DNA of 53,621 nt, from positions 1-53,621 of IMG/VR virus record IMGVR_UViG_3300028326_000230. One strand, written 5' to 3'. Position 1 is the first letter of the stretch, and the number at the start of each line of letters is the position of its first letter. A program made the translations under genes and the position numbers. Under the pieces are notes generated by a model, which did not search any database, was not told the DNA's origin, and saw only the letters and a program-made list of their open reading frames with translations. Shown here piece after piece: positions 20,301-29,300 of this stretch. Origin of the DNA: a virus (Duplodnaviria > Caudoviricetes).

Positions 20301-23300
20301 TTTTTCCGGCATCAGACCGAAGAAGTGGCCGATGCCGGCGGCTGGCTCCACCACCCGGCCGCCCGCGAAACCGAGTTGCTCCACCATGTCCCACATGGCC
20401 GTAATAACCTGACGGTCGGTGTAATGGGCATTAAGGGTGGACCGCTTGGCCGCGTCCCATTCTTCCCGAGTGAGCAGGCCGCCGATTCCGGGATGCAGCT
20501 CCCCGTATTTACGTTTCCAGGCGTCAAACCTCTCCAACAGTGCCTCTTTTCTGTAATCTCTACGCACGGATGGAGGGATATCGTCACCGAACATATTGGC
20601 AAGCTGCTCAATGTCTGCCTTAAAAACCTCTTCGGCCAAGGAACCCCAGCCCGAGAATTGGGCCAGGATCTTGCGTTCATCGGGAGTGGGCAGCCGGTCG
20701 GCCGCCTCAAGCTCCTTCAGAAGCCGGATCGCCTCGATGTTGGCCCGTGCCCGGACGGCGTTTCCGCCGGGCACGAGCACGTCATCGGGCGCTATGCGGT
20801 GGTTATGGTCTCGCGATACGCCCCGTCGGGCAATACCGTAGCCTTTCGCGGCGGCAGGTTCTCTACCCACCTCCAAATTCGCATTTCCTTCTTTTCCGGC
20901 AGCGGTTCCGGCGGATTCTCCGCGTTTAGGGCCGGGCCGTTCGATGGCGCCACCACGGCCAGCATCGCCTCCTGCACCGCGTCCTCCGGTCTGCCCTTGC
21001 TCTTCAGGTCGTGCTGGACGTTGGCCGACTGCAACGTCTTGCGATCGATGGCTTCCTTCAACTCGTCCCGGTTTGCCAGAAATCGCTCCCACGTCTGCCG
21101 GGGTTCGTTCTCCAACAGCCAGGTCAGATGCGCTTTCCAGTCCCACATCCAGTGCGGATTCGTCAGCGTGTGGATGGCCGGTGTCGGTTGTGCCATGGTC
21201 ATTTCCTTTCGCCTTCGGCGCGGCCGTTTTTTCGGTTCCGGCCGGCTTGCCGGTTTCGGGGCCGGCTAGAACGGATTCCCGTTCCTGCTTCTGAAAACCG
21301 GAGACCTCTTCCCGGGTCAGATAATCATGATCGCCGTTCCGGTAAAGCTGTTCCGGCCCCTGCGGCCTGGTCTCCACCCCGGCCTGGTTCGGCACCACCG
21401 GGACCGGTGCCTGGATGCGGATTCCGTTTTCCGTCAGGAAGCGGTTGCCGTTTTCATCCGCGTAGACATCCTGGCCGCGCTGATTGACGCCCAGGGATTG
21501 GCTCGAAGTATTACCGCCCGCCGGTTGGGCCTGTTGCGGCAACGGCGTCTGCCCATTGGGCAGCGCGGCCTGCGTCGGCAGGGGATTTTCGGGCGCGACC
21601 GGTTTCTTGCCGAACCGATCAAGAAATGCCTCGGCCTTGGCTTTGTCCGTGAACTGGATGCCGGGGATGGCGCCTTGCGCCTTGTAGCTGGACCAATACC
21701 CGCCCTCCTTGGAAAATGCAGCTTTGAGCTGGTCGTACTCGGGGCGGGCCATTCGTTCATCCAACGTGACCACATAAAGCGGATGCCCCTTGCGGGCATG
21801 CTTGGTTTCGCGAAGTGACAGGGCATAGCGCGGCCCTTCGGGCGCGGCCGGCGTCACGGCCGCCGGCGCCGGGGACGCAACGGGCGTCTGGGTTTCCACG
21901 GGCGCGGCCGGCGCCGGCCTAGTCTGGGGAGCGACTGCGCTTCCTTCACGCGCATCGCCGTACTTGCCTACTTGTCGGGCAATCCCTTCCATTACCGTCT
22001 TTGGATCGACCGTCAGTAAGGCCTCCCCGGCCGCGTCGATCGCCCCATTCTGGGTCGGAGAATGCGAAGCGGCTAATCCCGTGGACGCTTCCGAGACGGT
22101 CCAGCCTTTTCCCTGGACATTCGGATGCACAACGAATTGCAGGTCCTCAAACCCGGGAAGGTCCAACGAAACAACCCTTCCCTCGACCTCGTGCCGCACG
22201 GTCATATTATTGTCCCGGCGGGTAGTGACGTAGGTACTTCCTTTTTCCTGCACCACCCGGTAGCCGGGAGACCCCTGCGACGCCGTGGATGCTGCGGGCG
22301 AAGCAGCCCCGGGCTGCTTCTGGGGAGCAACGACGTTAGGCGCCTGGGGCGCTTCAACCGATGCAACCGGCGCATTCGGGCTCGGCTTTTCCACCGCCGG
22401 CGCCGCCGTGGCAGGCGCTTCCGCCTCGGATATCGGTTCCCGGACAGCCGGCGTTTCCGTGACCTCCCCCACCGCGCGCATCGGGATCTCGCCGGTCGGC
22501 AAGGCCTCGGTCGGCGCCTGCTCCACCAGGGCCGGGCGAGGTTGCTTTTCCGCGAGGGGCTTGGGCGACTCGACGGGCGCGGTCGGTTCGCCGGTCTCGA
22601 CCATCGGGATCTCGCGCGTAGGCATGGCCGAGGCCGTGTCCGGCCCGGCCAGGGAACCGGCCAAAGGCTCTTGGGCCGGCGCTTCGGTCGCGGCCGTTTC
22701 AGCTCGCGGCTGTTCGGCCTGGGCTTCGGTTTCCAGAATCCTGGAAATCAGCGCATCTTTTTTGCCTTTCCCCGGCTTTTCGATGCCCAAGCCGTTCGCC
22801 AGTTCGTTCAAGGACAGCCGGGTCATGCCGGCCAGCTCGTCGGCCCGGGTCGGTTCCCGGGGCGATTCCGGAGTCGGCGTCACCCCTTCCAGGAACTGGT
22901 CCTGGGTGGTCGGGAACGGCGCGGCATGTGCTTCCTGGAAACGCGCGTCCACGTTCTCGGACGCGTTCCATTGCCGGGCCTGTTCCTCGGCCTGGAGGAT
23001 CGCGGCCGCCAGATCCTCGCGCCCGATCCGGCCTGGCTTGGCGATACCCAGGGAGGCGGCCAGGTCGTTCAGACCACTCTTTCCCATGCCGGCCAGCTCG
23101 TCGGCCCTGGTCGGATCTTGGACCGCCTCCGATGCTGTTCCCGGAGCCGGCGCCACGCCTTCCAGAAACTGGTCCTGGACGGTCGGGAACGGTGCGGCAT
23201 GCTCTTCCTGATACCGCGCGTCCACGTTCTCGGGCGCGTTCCATTGCCTGGCTTGTTCCTCGGCCTGGAGGATCGCGGCCGCCAGGTCCTCGCGCCCGAT

Positions 23301-24773
23301 CCGGCCCGGCTTGGCAATACCCAGGGAGGCGGCCAGCTCGTTCAGACCACCCTTGCCCATGCCAGCCAGCTCGTCGGCCCGGGTCGCCGCTTCCGTTCCC
23401 GGCTGCTCGGTTTCCGTCGCAGGCACGGCAGCGGGCGACTCCGGACCAGTCGGGAGGACTTGGCTCGTTCCCGGCGCGGGCTGTTCCTCAAGCGCATTGA
23501 GCGGGGCATTACGCCGCCGGAGCTGCTCGGCATTGAGTTCCAGCAACGCATCCCGCAGTTGGATACTGGGGTTGTCCTGAAACAGCTTGTTGGCCACGAC
23601 ATAGGCCTGGTCCAGATCCGCATCGCTCAGGTCGGCGTGCGCGCCGGCCTTGGTCGCATCGGAAATGGCCCCGGCATCGCGTCGCGCGGCAATGGCCCCG
23701 GGTCGAAAATGTTCCGCCGCGCCACCGAGGCCCATGGTGGCCAGGGTCATGACCGACGTCTGGGGTGCTACCTCTTCGAAGGCCTGGCCCCAGGTAGGCG
23801 CCTGGTCCCGCAAGCCGTGCTCGGCTTCGATGGCCCCCTGTTCGTGCTGGGTCCACGTTTCCGTGCCCAACTCCACCGGCAGATCCAGGCCCAACTTCAC
23901 CCCGGCCGACGCCATGGTCCGGGCAATGCCGTTTTTAATGAAGGGTACGTTTTTTACGATTTTCCCGACCGGTGTTTTCAGGATACCCCAGGTCAGGGCA
24001 TCCCCTACCGCTTCGGGGACAGCTTCATACAGGGCATATCGCGAAGCGATCTTGTTGATGGTCGGCTGAGCCTCGATCCACTGTGCATCGGTCAGGTTGG
24101 GGTTTTGTTTGAGCAACCACTGTCGGATATTATCCACGAACTGGTCCTTGGTCGCCCGGTAGGCCGTGCCCAAGCCCCCCATGGCCGCACCCAGGGCGCC
24201 GCCGGCCGCGCCGACCAACGAGCCCGCGCCCGGAACAACAGAACCGGCCGCCGCCCCACCCAGCAGACCGCCCACCATGGAACCCGCGCTGTAGCCCAGG
24301 TTCTGCAAACCTTCCTGGACGTCCTTGGCCTTGATGAGCCCGAACAATTCGCGGTCAGCTTCCTCGGGCGGTAGATTCCAGCGCTGCAAGTCTTTCTGCT
24401 GTTCGCCGATGACGCGGCCGGCAGCGGTCTCCTCCGGACGCAGCGGCACATCCCCGCCCCGCCAGGTTTCGGCCAAGGTCTTGGGCAGGACGTCGGCTGC
24501 GGCCGAATACAGGCCCTGACCGATGGTCTTTCCGGACAGCTTGATATCCTTCCAGACATCGGAGAGGCCATAGCCCGGCTCCTCGGCTTGGGGCTGCGCC
24601 TGAGGCTTACCCAACTGGGTATCCCAGCCGGCGCGATGGGAGTAATCCTCGAAGGTCTCGCCGGTATCCGCCGCTCCGGACCGGGTGTACAAATCCCTGG
24701 CCACGTCCTCGACGCCGGCCTGGCCGTAATACTCGGGGTGTTGATCCCGGAAATTGGCAAGATCAAGCGTCAT
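11370..24773 (-). CDS. Giant polyvalent virion-injected protein, DarB-like (~4467 aa): N6-adenine MTase + SNF2 helicase + zincin motif + LPD3-like domain
   Basis: MTase motif I EPAAGIGHF (~20340) and motif IV NVPF (~20145); Walker A HGVGAGKT (~18285), DEAH (~17790), EQRNGRIRRQGN; HEGRH (~15450). Start reassigned to ATG 24773, just after the upstream stop. Confidence 0.88.
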   Translation of the reverse strand: MTLDLANFRDQHPEYYGQAGVEDVARDLYTRSGAADTGETFEDYSHRAGWDTQLGKPQAQPQAEEPGYGLSDVWKDIKLSGKTIGQGLYSAAADVLPKTLAETWRGGDVPLRPEETAAGRVIGEQQKDLQRWNLPPEEADRELFGLIKAKDVQEGLQNLGYSAGSMVGGLLGGAAAGSVVPGAGSLVGAAGGALGAAMGGLGTAYRATKDQFVDNIRQWLLKQNPNLTDAQWIEAQPTINKIASRYALYEAVPEAVGDALTWGILKTPVGKIVKNVPFIKNGIARTMASAGVKLGLDLPVELGTETWTQHEQGAIEAEHGLRDQAPTWGQAFEEVAPQTSVMTLATMGLGGAAEHFRPGAIAARRDAGAISDATKAGAHADLSDADLDQAYVVANKLFQDNPSIQLRDALLELNAEQLRRRNAPLNALEEQPAPGTSQVLPTGPESPAAVPATETEQPGTEAATRADELAGMGKGGLNELAASLGIAKPGRIGREDLAAAILQAEEQARQWNAPENVDARYQEEHAAPFPTVQDQFLEGVAPAPGTASEAVQDPTRADELAGMGKSGLNDLAASLGIAKPGRIGREDLAAAILQAEEQARQWNASENVDARFQEAHAAPFPTTQDQFLEGVTPTPESPREPTRADELAGMTRLSLNELANGLGIEKPGKGKKDALISRILETEAQAEQPRAETAATEAPAQEPLAGSLAGPDTASAMPTREIPMVETGEPTAPVESPKPLAEKQPRPALVEQAPTEALPTGEIPMRAVGEVTETPAVREPISEAEAPATAAPAVEKPSPNAPVASVEAPQAPNVVAPQKQPGAASPAASTASQGSPGYRVVQEKGSTYVTTRRDNNMTVRHEVEGRVVSLDLPGFEDLQFVVHPNVQGKGWTVSEASTGLAASHSPTQNGAIDAAGEALLTVDPKTVMEGIARQVGKYGDAREGSAVAPQTRPAPAAPVETQTPVASPAPAAVTPAAPEGPRYALSLRETKHARKGHPLYVVTLDERMARPEYDQLKAAFSKEGGYWSSYKAQGAIPGIQFTDKAKAEAFLDRFGKKPVAPENPLPTQAALPNGQTPLPQQAQPAGGNTSSQSLGVNQRGQDVYADENGNRFLTENGIRIQAPVPVVPNQAGVETRPQGPEQLYRNGDHDYLTREEVSGFQKQERESVLAGPETGKPAGTEKTAAPKAKGNDHGTTDTGHPHADESALDVGLESASDLAVGERTPADVGAISGKPGRVEGSHRSQDVAVGQRPARPEEQGQTGGRGAGGDAGRGGAIERPGPKRGESAGTAAGKEGNANLEVGREPAAAKGYGIARRGVSRDHNHRIAPDDVLVPGGNAVRARANIEAIRLLKELEAADRLPTPDERKILAQFSGWGSLAEEVFKADIEQLANMFGDDIPPSVRRDYRKEALLERFDAWKRKYGELHPGIGGLLTREEWDAAKRSTLNAHYTDRQVITAMWDMVEQLGFAGGRVVEPAAGIGHFFGLMPEKLAQASDLRGVELDAVTGRLLGKLYPAADIQVTGFQDAKRMGSNTADLVISNVPFGDYPVHDKAHKDYSGWSIHNYFLARSLDVARPGGLVVAITSHYTMDTTKWGKIREYLAGKADLVGAVRLPGNAFAKNAGTEVTTDILILRKKDEHPFEGQPWRMVEKVDTPEGQAGINEYFVAHPEMVLGKHSLAGSMYGGKEYTVLPDKTRPMEKQFYEAVAHLPVDIMGDGVANQPLPSPDALGERADEGMKEGAYVLKDGHVLAVEDGRLVRPEWQEGGLAERRQAIAREYVGVKTAASDLVRTMLSEEASDADIAAGQATLARAYDAFVKKHGPFLENRSLKFLRDDVDYPNVLALEKKEERVGGGDKQAVIAKADIFTKRTLRPFTEPKTASSIEDAVKISILYRGRLDVGRIGELLAVPAVEAKRRLLETGAAYENPTTGLLETPQVYLSGNVRDKLQEAKVSAEGNQDYKRNVEALEAVQPTPKPISRIDARLGSTWIPDKTVAAFMAHLGVRQAQAVQTRTFSGEDGLSSWTVKGWLTDETRNRWTVNDTDLLRILEDSLNLKLSKAYRRVPDGDGTKREVDQNATLLVQEKQKALQAEFLKFVRETPAQAKELEALYDSNFGGQLPRQYDVPDVAHFPGAVEAVSLRDHQKRGVARGLQENTIFAHGVGAGKTYLVTTMAMEARRLGTARKPMIVVQGATLEQFASAFKRLYPAARVLAPDAEDRTRANRQRLLSQIATGDWDAVIVPHSFFNGLAISPERETAFIEEELSVLGAELKEAKADSSEKGKKSPRVKQIEKMILKREARLKSLLDARKDENIFFEDTGVDMLVVDEAHAYKRGDFVTKMDNVKGLDTDSSQRSMQLLLKSRYVMEKTGGKNVHLATGTPVSNTLAELWTMLRYIRPDLLERYHVTQFDDFASTFCATKTDIEETATGDYKPVTRFNRYQNLGELVSMWKAGADVVLAEDLDYIQDIPKIEGGRPSEISLERNPSLAEYIQHLKQWRMQWENLGGKEKRQQSHVPLLIYNLAQKAALDMRLVNPKLAEAPGGKLEAAADEIYKRYVAHADKRAAQAIFSDIYQSSDKSFNIWKDLKRKLVAKGIPAKEIAIIYDYNEKDREKLFTAVNAGDVRVVMGSTEKLGVGVNIQERLQALHHLSPPVRPMDWEQRNGRIRRQGNMFSKVEILAYGVKNTLDSVSFNILQNKQKFINQLLRGEIDGDVMENPFDDVQLSFEDMMAAFSGNPLAMERVKLEGHVRDLGRLRQAFQDEKAARIHQLNALREVQIPRLETNLKVAEASAEQLRKAFPGLKAEKFTLKDGNFDRKDFTTKLTAWYDGVKQRLEKETVGGTVAHYESVRKKFVGSVRFETGGYEVVATITPVSSRAVGADSNRSDGMANVTDVMLTGEYEVLDKKKDQLFSKNFNTPTGFVQSFNNGLESVAREPENIQNAVERAQQSAVSLEKLVEEKFSREEEFQQTSKRLRQVEAELKAAKNEDLEKAKEAGEDGEDEADGAPVMLQRAWQGSPTRGIERMARAVSESLRQGLRQVPALAGIVDIYESEADLPAAIRKRVERDGVSGQFFGAYDPDSRRMVFVSGNIPSEKAGQTAFVQGLLRHEGRHGAFDLMLGGPDGRQDFMLQASRSMPREVAKWLGRAGLESTRETRAEAAEEILATWAKDGTVHRALDRLLAKVAQWVRSIFPGLSLTKAELRQLVAQADDFVDGKGLDYVAPLGRTLAPSLAYARSEEGRDGERAVRVVSLPEQRFEAGNIAALRREARKWAVENLPGIYRNEQTGWDIEITRSRVAKQTSQREDRLHYEAMRVMPALVREAVLANTEPDRAGDPHIKAIHRLYAPLRTGEGLARVKLTVKEYADGRKLYDHSLTEMEEPARPVRDMPDGQRINEPATGSPVPGGDGQDTISVSHLLNGVKTTVRYARAGALTGVPEEPSKLKDWLRDEATAHVRSILPAVGDKFKETAVLGKILRSPEYWQHPVLKRLYEVFRDRTDRAHELLHKAFDLDGDRTILQEAKDVLKDTAQREILNDGVDYADVNEIRPEAMETWFKEHGATEATIGLWRTMRERYDMLLDARLQSYRDLIDQARKQYEAKIRRRLVAADVPAEASKTFDAAAYHKDQSLPRELRAHAETVREVVGKARKEGITIKGQLADVRFVDESGKAVMLSLAEAVERMGQLKGFYAPRLRETGEYVVRGQREREDGTVERFRAHKEWRAGAEALRAKMARDGWNMESVSRLEKLPEATQQVVKALELAKTVESAARRSAGDGVDAAMVEELVENLAEDLKARGFRAQSIRRTGRHGEAVQGYFKDAVERFARYAGNTAYGLAKMEAAGKATKTLFGTKEAPGVDIRKEREVYRLGVDYLAENLRNAEAGDRVFSLAKSLASLKYLGLNPRSALVNVSSMATSVPAALHAYALEGKGGWAKIGREVARSMWDYLGRMTGKWGGFSADEQKFLDLVRRESLDDPQFAREALSVYRDTAGKTWSWLMGKTMALFGATEQLNRGSTLLAAYRLARGAGADHATAMARARETSDRAHGVYDRATQPAWTWGTGMGSRLGQSWYVYKKYGHNYLQMIHELFAKKDWQAATYALGAPIVLGGIGSQVLTSLVKGIFAASGSDDDPEKWVYDWTRRNLGEGAEDLARFGLLGLVTGSDLHGSIGTMIDIPDTWVDVLGPMGGLGRDVLQGLGYVAGGQPGRGLEKLLPTGVSKILQAVRESEQGVSTSKNYPVFDADGKRLVPTPGESAAKALGFRPVREARARERTSEAIDEERRYTERRDGLYARFRSFALSGGKDAAERAAIVDAVTAYNRDVAEAGLSGRVSYITRATLLRQTERLAQPTKRERDRLSGGEQKPAEALTEGDIAGLDHPYYAVRRAYAQAKERYDALRADGDLTGAARVRDESRLPRLRLLVNRVQAVHDEMGKVQKSRLPEPMKTRRMEALRERERQAMDRAAQFAR
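20792..21196 (-). CDS. Out-of-frame gene nested within the giant gene (TnpV-like helical protein, tentative)
   Basis: Own RBS (AAGGA, 7 nt before ATG 21196), strong G/C third-position bias in this frame, and a globular-looking sequence. The host frame here is a G/R/A-rich linker. Confidence 0.65.
   Translation of the reverse strand: MAQPTPAIHTLTNPHWMWDWKAHLTWLLENEPRQTWERFLANRDELKEAIDRKTLQSANVQHDLKSKGRPEDAVQEAMLAVVAPSNGPALNAENPPEPLPEKKEMRIWRWVENLPPRKATVLPDGAYRETITTA
22720..23384 (-). repeat. Three intragenic repeats (273 and 261 bp spacing) encoding Rho_N/HeH-like helical modules
   Basis: TRADELAGMGKGGLNELAASLGIAKPGRIGREDLAAAILQAE-like units start at 23384, 23111 and 22850. Confidence 0.85.
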
Positions 24774-24774
24774 A

Positions 24775-26376
24775 TCAGTACCCCGCCTGCTGGCGTTTCT
24801 TGGTGGCATCGGTCTCGGTAAATCCCGGCACACCGCCGACCTGGCCGTCGTCCGTATAGGTCGGCTGTCCCTGGACCGCGCGCGAGAAATTCCGGCCGAT
24901 CTGGGACGCCACATCAAGGGCCGGTTGGGCCTTGTCGAGCAGCTTGTTCGCGGCCCACCCCGACAGGCTGGCAGCGGGCGCGTTGGCGACGGAAGCCACC
25001 GGGGCCAAGGCTTGCAACCCTTGGCCGATGCCTCCGACAAACGCCGAGACTTCCGGAGAGGCCGGCGTTTGCGGCCGATTGACCGCCCAATCCACCCCGG
25101 CCCGGGCCGCTTCAACATCCGGTTTGAACCAGCCGGCGACATCCTTTGCGACGGCGGGAACTTTTCTGGCCAAACCGATAGTCCCGGTCATGGCGTCGGT
25201 CATGCCTTGGACGATGCCGGCTGGCGCCGGAGAATAGACGCGTCCCAACGTTTCCTGGAGGGATTTCGCGTCAACGGTTTTGCCTTTGACGGCATCGAGC
25301 ACGGCTTCCATGGGCGTGTAGGAACGCGGCTCGACTGTCTGACTTTGTCCACGATTCTCGAAGCCGGGTACTCCACCCATAGGCGTGGCCGTGGTTCCGT
25401 TCGACACGGAGGGAGCCGTTGCTATCCCGGACGCCGCAGGGGCCACGCCGGCCGGCAATGTCCGGGACGACCCGGCGGTCGGAGCTGACGTGGCGCTCTT
25501 TCCGCTGGGAACAGTCGCCCCCGTCGTGCCGGATGCCGGGACGGGGCTGGCAGGCGCCCCACCAGCCGCCGCGCCCGCCTTCCCTTGGAGCAACGGCGGC
25601 AAATCCTTGGTCGGCACCGACGGCGCCAAGGACAAACCAAGTCCTTGTGCGGCTTCGGCCACTCGTTGTTGGCGAATTTTCTGGACAATGGCAGGATCGA
25701 CATAGTTTTGATTCTCATAGTTCAAGAGCGTATTTTCCCACTCCCGTCGCTGCATCGCCTCCCGCCTAGCATCATCGGCTTGTATCCGTGAGCCCGGATT
25801 TCTGGCCTCATCGACACGCTTTGCCAGGGCGTCCAATTGGTCGGATTGTGCCCAGAGGTCGTTATACCCCTTCATCGCATCAAGTTTTTGGCTAGCCGTA
25901 CTGTCAGGACTCATCCAAACATCATATTGCTTATCCGCGTCCTCCCGCCAATATTTGGTCGGGTTGGCGCGTCGGTCTTCCTCGTCCTGCCGTTGCTTGC
26001 GGGCAGCCGAAAGTTCATCTTGCTTGCGTGTATCAATAAACTTTTGGCGATCAATGGCCTCTTGCTGTGCGCTGGTCCTGTTGACGGAAGGAATGGCTTC
26101 AAGCGCCCCGGAAGCCGCTTCATGTTCCAACTGCCGCAATTCAGAGAGATTCTTGGCATGCACCGTCCCGGAATAACCACTGGAAACGGTATCAGCATCA
26201 TCCTCTGCATCAAATCCAGGCAACCCCCTGGCAGAACCAGCACTTTCGGCTTTCCCGCGCGCGAACAGTCGCATGACGTATTGCTCGACTTGCTTATCCA
26301 TTCCATCGGTATCAAGCGTATCAAGACCAAGATCACCGGAAGACAACTGCTTCCCGAAGGATTTCATGCTGGGCAT
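24775..26376 (-). CDS. Putative internal virion/ejection protein
   Basis: 533 aa; helical N-half and Ala/Pro/Gly-rich C-half; lies directly upstream of the giant protein, as podoviral ejection proteins do. Confidence 0.65.
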   Translation of the reverse strand: MPSMKSFGKQLSSGDLGLDTLDTDGMDKQVEQYVMRLFARGKAESAGSARGLPGFDAEDDADTVSSGYSGTVHAKNLSELRQLEHEAASGALEAIPSVNRTSAQQEAIDRQKFIDTRKQDELSAARKQRQDEEDRRANPTKYWREDADKQYDVWMSPDSTASQKLDAMKGYNDLWAQSDQLDALAKRVDEARNPGSRIQADDARREAMQRREWENTLLNYENQNYVDPAIVQKIRQQRVAEAAQGLGLSLAPSVPTKDLPPLLQGKAGAAAGGAPASPVPASGTTGATVPSGKSATSAPTAGSSRTLPAGVAPAASGIATAPSVSNGTTATPMGGVPGFENRGQSQTVEPRSYTPMEAVLDAVKGKTVDAKSLQETLGRVYSPAPAGIVQGMTDAMTGTIGLARKVPAVAKDVAGWFKPDVEAARAGVDWAVNRPQTPASPEVSAFVGGIGQGLQALAPVASVANAPAASLSGWAANKLLDKAQPALDVASQIGRNFSRAVQGQPTYTDDGQVGGVPGFTETDATKKRQQAGY

Positions 26377-26384
26377 AAAAGTTC

Positions 26385-29300
26385 CTACATACTCACCGAG
26401 TAATTATAATTTTCGGAACGCGCATCAACAGAGCTCGACGAGCTACTTGTTGACCTTACGGTGCTGGTATTCGTCGCCGTGCTGGAATTCGTACTTGAAC
26501 TGTCACTGGCGGCGACCGTGGCCGAAGCGTGAATCTGCCCCAATGCGGACGCCAGGGCCTGGCCGGCGACCTGGACGATCGCGGCCAATTGCCGTTCGTT
26601 CAGTTCCGCCAGCACCTTTCCCCGATCGAGCGTCAGGGAGGCCTCACGCAGGGAGGCGTCGAATTCGGTGGCGTATCGCTGGATGTCGGACGCAAATTTC
26701 CGGATGAGCACGTCGTTTTCCGAACTGACGCCCTGCATCTGGGCCGCATAAACCTTGACCAGGTTGTCGGCATACTTGGTCAGGCGATCCACTTCCGTGG
26801 CAACGCCCTGCCATTGCGCCCGGTAGGCCTCGACCCTTGAGGAATAGTTCGTGGCCTTGGTCTTGTTGCGATCGGAGACGACGCCGGCCCTGGCCACGCC
26901 GATATCCGCCACGGTCTTTACCCCCGCCACCTGGGCGGAATAGGCCCGGACCTGGGAATCGTAGACGTCGGCCTTGGCCTTTTCGCCCGTGATTTGGGCC
27001 ACCCGGGCATTGTACTTCGCGGTCACGCCGTTGACCCGGGCGCCGTAGGCCTGGACGCCTGTTTCATAGGCTTGAAGTCTGGACTTCTCGACTTCGGCCT
27101 GGGTCAAGGCGCCCTGCATCCGGGCCTTGAAAACCTCGACGATCTGGCTGACCCCTTGCAGCTTGCCCAGGTAGACCTGGACATCGGACTGCCGCAGCTC
27201 GCCGCGCACCTTGGCGGCCTCAAGGCGTTGCTTGTGCGCCTCCAATTCCGTGAGCGATGCCTTGATCCTGGCCTCGTACACGGCAGCATCGGCCTGGAAC
27301 CGCGCCAGATCGACGTTGAAGAGTTTCACGCGCGCATCCAGGTCCTGATAAGCCGCCGCCAAGGTCGTCTTGGCCGCTTCCAAGGCCCGGTTGTTGCCCT
27401 GGTTCCAGGTCTCGACGCACACGCCAACCACCACCGACGCGGCTTGCTGGAGCGCGAATTGCCGGTTGCGCACGGCCAGATCGATCGGCTTGATCGCTTC
27501 GGCCAGCACGGCCTGGCGATTGGCGATTTCCGTTTTCCCGTAATCCAAACCGGCTTGCACGGCCGCCTGTTTGGATTTGAGCTGGAGATCCGCCCGTTGC
27601 AGCAGATTCGCGGCCGCGCCCTGCTGCCGTTGCACCGTCAGCTCCGCGAGCTTGGCGGACAGAGCCATGGCCGCCTGCCGTCCCTGCAAGGCCAATTCTG
27701 CCGGGCGCATGGCCGCCGTCAGCACAGCCTGACGGTTGGCGACTTCCGTCTCCCCGATCTTGAGCACACCCTGAACCGAGGCCTGCCGGTTCTGGCTGGC
27801 CAGTTCGACCTGGCGCAACCCACCCTGCACCGCCTGGTTACGCCCCTCGATCACTTGGCCGATCATTTGGACGATCGCGGTGACGGCTGCCTGCCGGTTC
27901 TGGACCGTCAGCTCCGCCAACTTGGCGGACAGAGCCATGGCCGCCTGCCGTCCCTGCAAGGCCAGTTCGGCCGGGCGCATGGCCGCCGTGAGCACGGCCT
28001 GACGGTTGGCGACCTCTGTCTCCCCGATTTTGAGCACGCCCTGAACCGAGGCCTGCCGGTTCTGGCTGGCCAGCTCCACCTGGCGCAACCCACCCTGCAC
28101 AGCCTGGTTGCGTCCCTCGATCACCTGGCCGATCATTTGGACGATCGCGGTGACGGCCGCCTGCCGGTTCTGGACCGTCAGCTCCGCCAACTTGGCGGAC
28201 AGAGCCATGGCCGCCTGCCGTCCCTGCAAGGCCAGTTCGGCCGGACGCATGGCCGCCGTCAGCACGGCCTGACGGTTGGCGACCTCTGTCTCCCCGATCT
28301 TGAGCACGCCCTGAACCGAGGCCTGCCGGTTCTGGCTTGCCAGCTCGACCTGGCGTAACCCACCTTGCACAGCCTGGTTGCGTCCCTCGATCACCTGGCC
28401 GATCATCTGGACGATCGCGGTGACGGCCGCCTGCCGGTTCTGCACCGTCCATTCGACCGGCCGCAGGGCCAGTTCCATCACTGCCCGGCGATGCTCGAAC
28501 GCGAGCTCCGCTTTCTTGCCCGCGATCTGACCGTCCAGGTCTTCGAGTTGCCGCGCGGTCTCGCGTTCGATTAGCGAAATTTGTTTTTGCGCCGGTCCGG
28601 GCAGGCGTGCATAACCCATGGCCGCGTATGTGGATCGGACTTCCTCGACTTTGCGGGCCCGATCCTGTTCGATGCGTGTCCGCTGTTGCGCGAACATCCC
28701 GTCGATTTCCGGAATGGCGCCGCCGGTCAAATCGGCGTCCATCGTGGCTTGCAAGGCCGCCAGCCCAGCCAGGCCGGAAATGTCCCCGTCCCGGGCCAAG
28801 TCCACCCGCAGCAAAGCCAGGGCTTCGTCGGCCCCGGCAATACCGGAGAGCGCGCCGTCCCGGTCCAGATCGGCCAGCAACCGGGCGAGCAGTTGGGGCA
28901 TACCCGGCACGGCCGACAAATCCCCGCCGCTCGCCACATCCGCCACGAGCGCGACCAGGAGCTGTCCGAGTCCGGCGGCATCGGACACATCGCCACCGTT
29001 CGCCACGTAGCCGGCCAGGGCGGTCTGGACGGCGCCGAGCCCAGCCACGCCAGAGATGTCGGCCGACACATCCTCGGCCACAGCCTCGCGCAGCTCGGGG
29101 ACATCGGCCAGATCGGAAATATCGCCGCCTTGATCCAAATCCATTCGCAACAAGGCCAGGGCTTCGTCGGCTCCGACGATACCGGCCAGGGAGCCATCCC
29201 GGTCCAGATCGGCCAACAGCCTGGCCAAAAGCTGGGGCATACCCGGCACGGCCGACAAATCGCCACCGCTCGCCACGTCCGCCACGAGCGCGACCAGGAG

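Noticed and set aside
24774-25142. First 123 aa of the 4590-aa ORF call
   Set aside because: Overlaps the upstream 533-aa gene out of frame; ATG 24773 directly follows that gene's stop.
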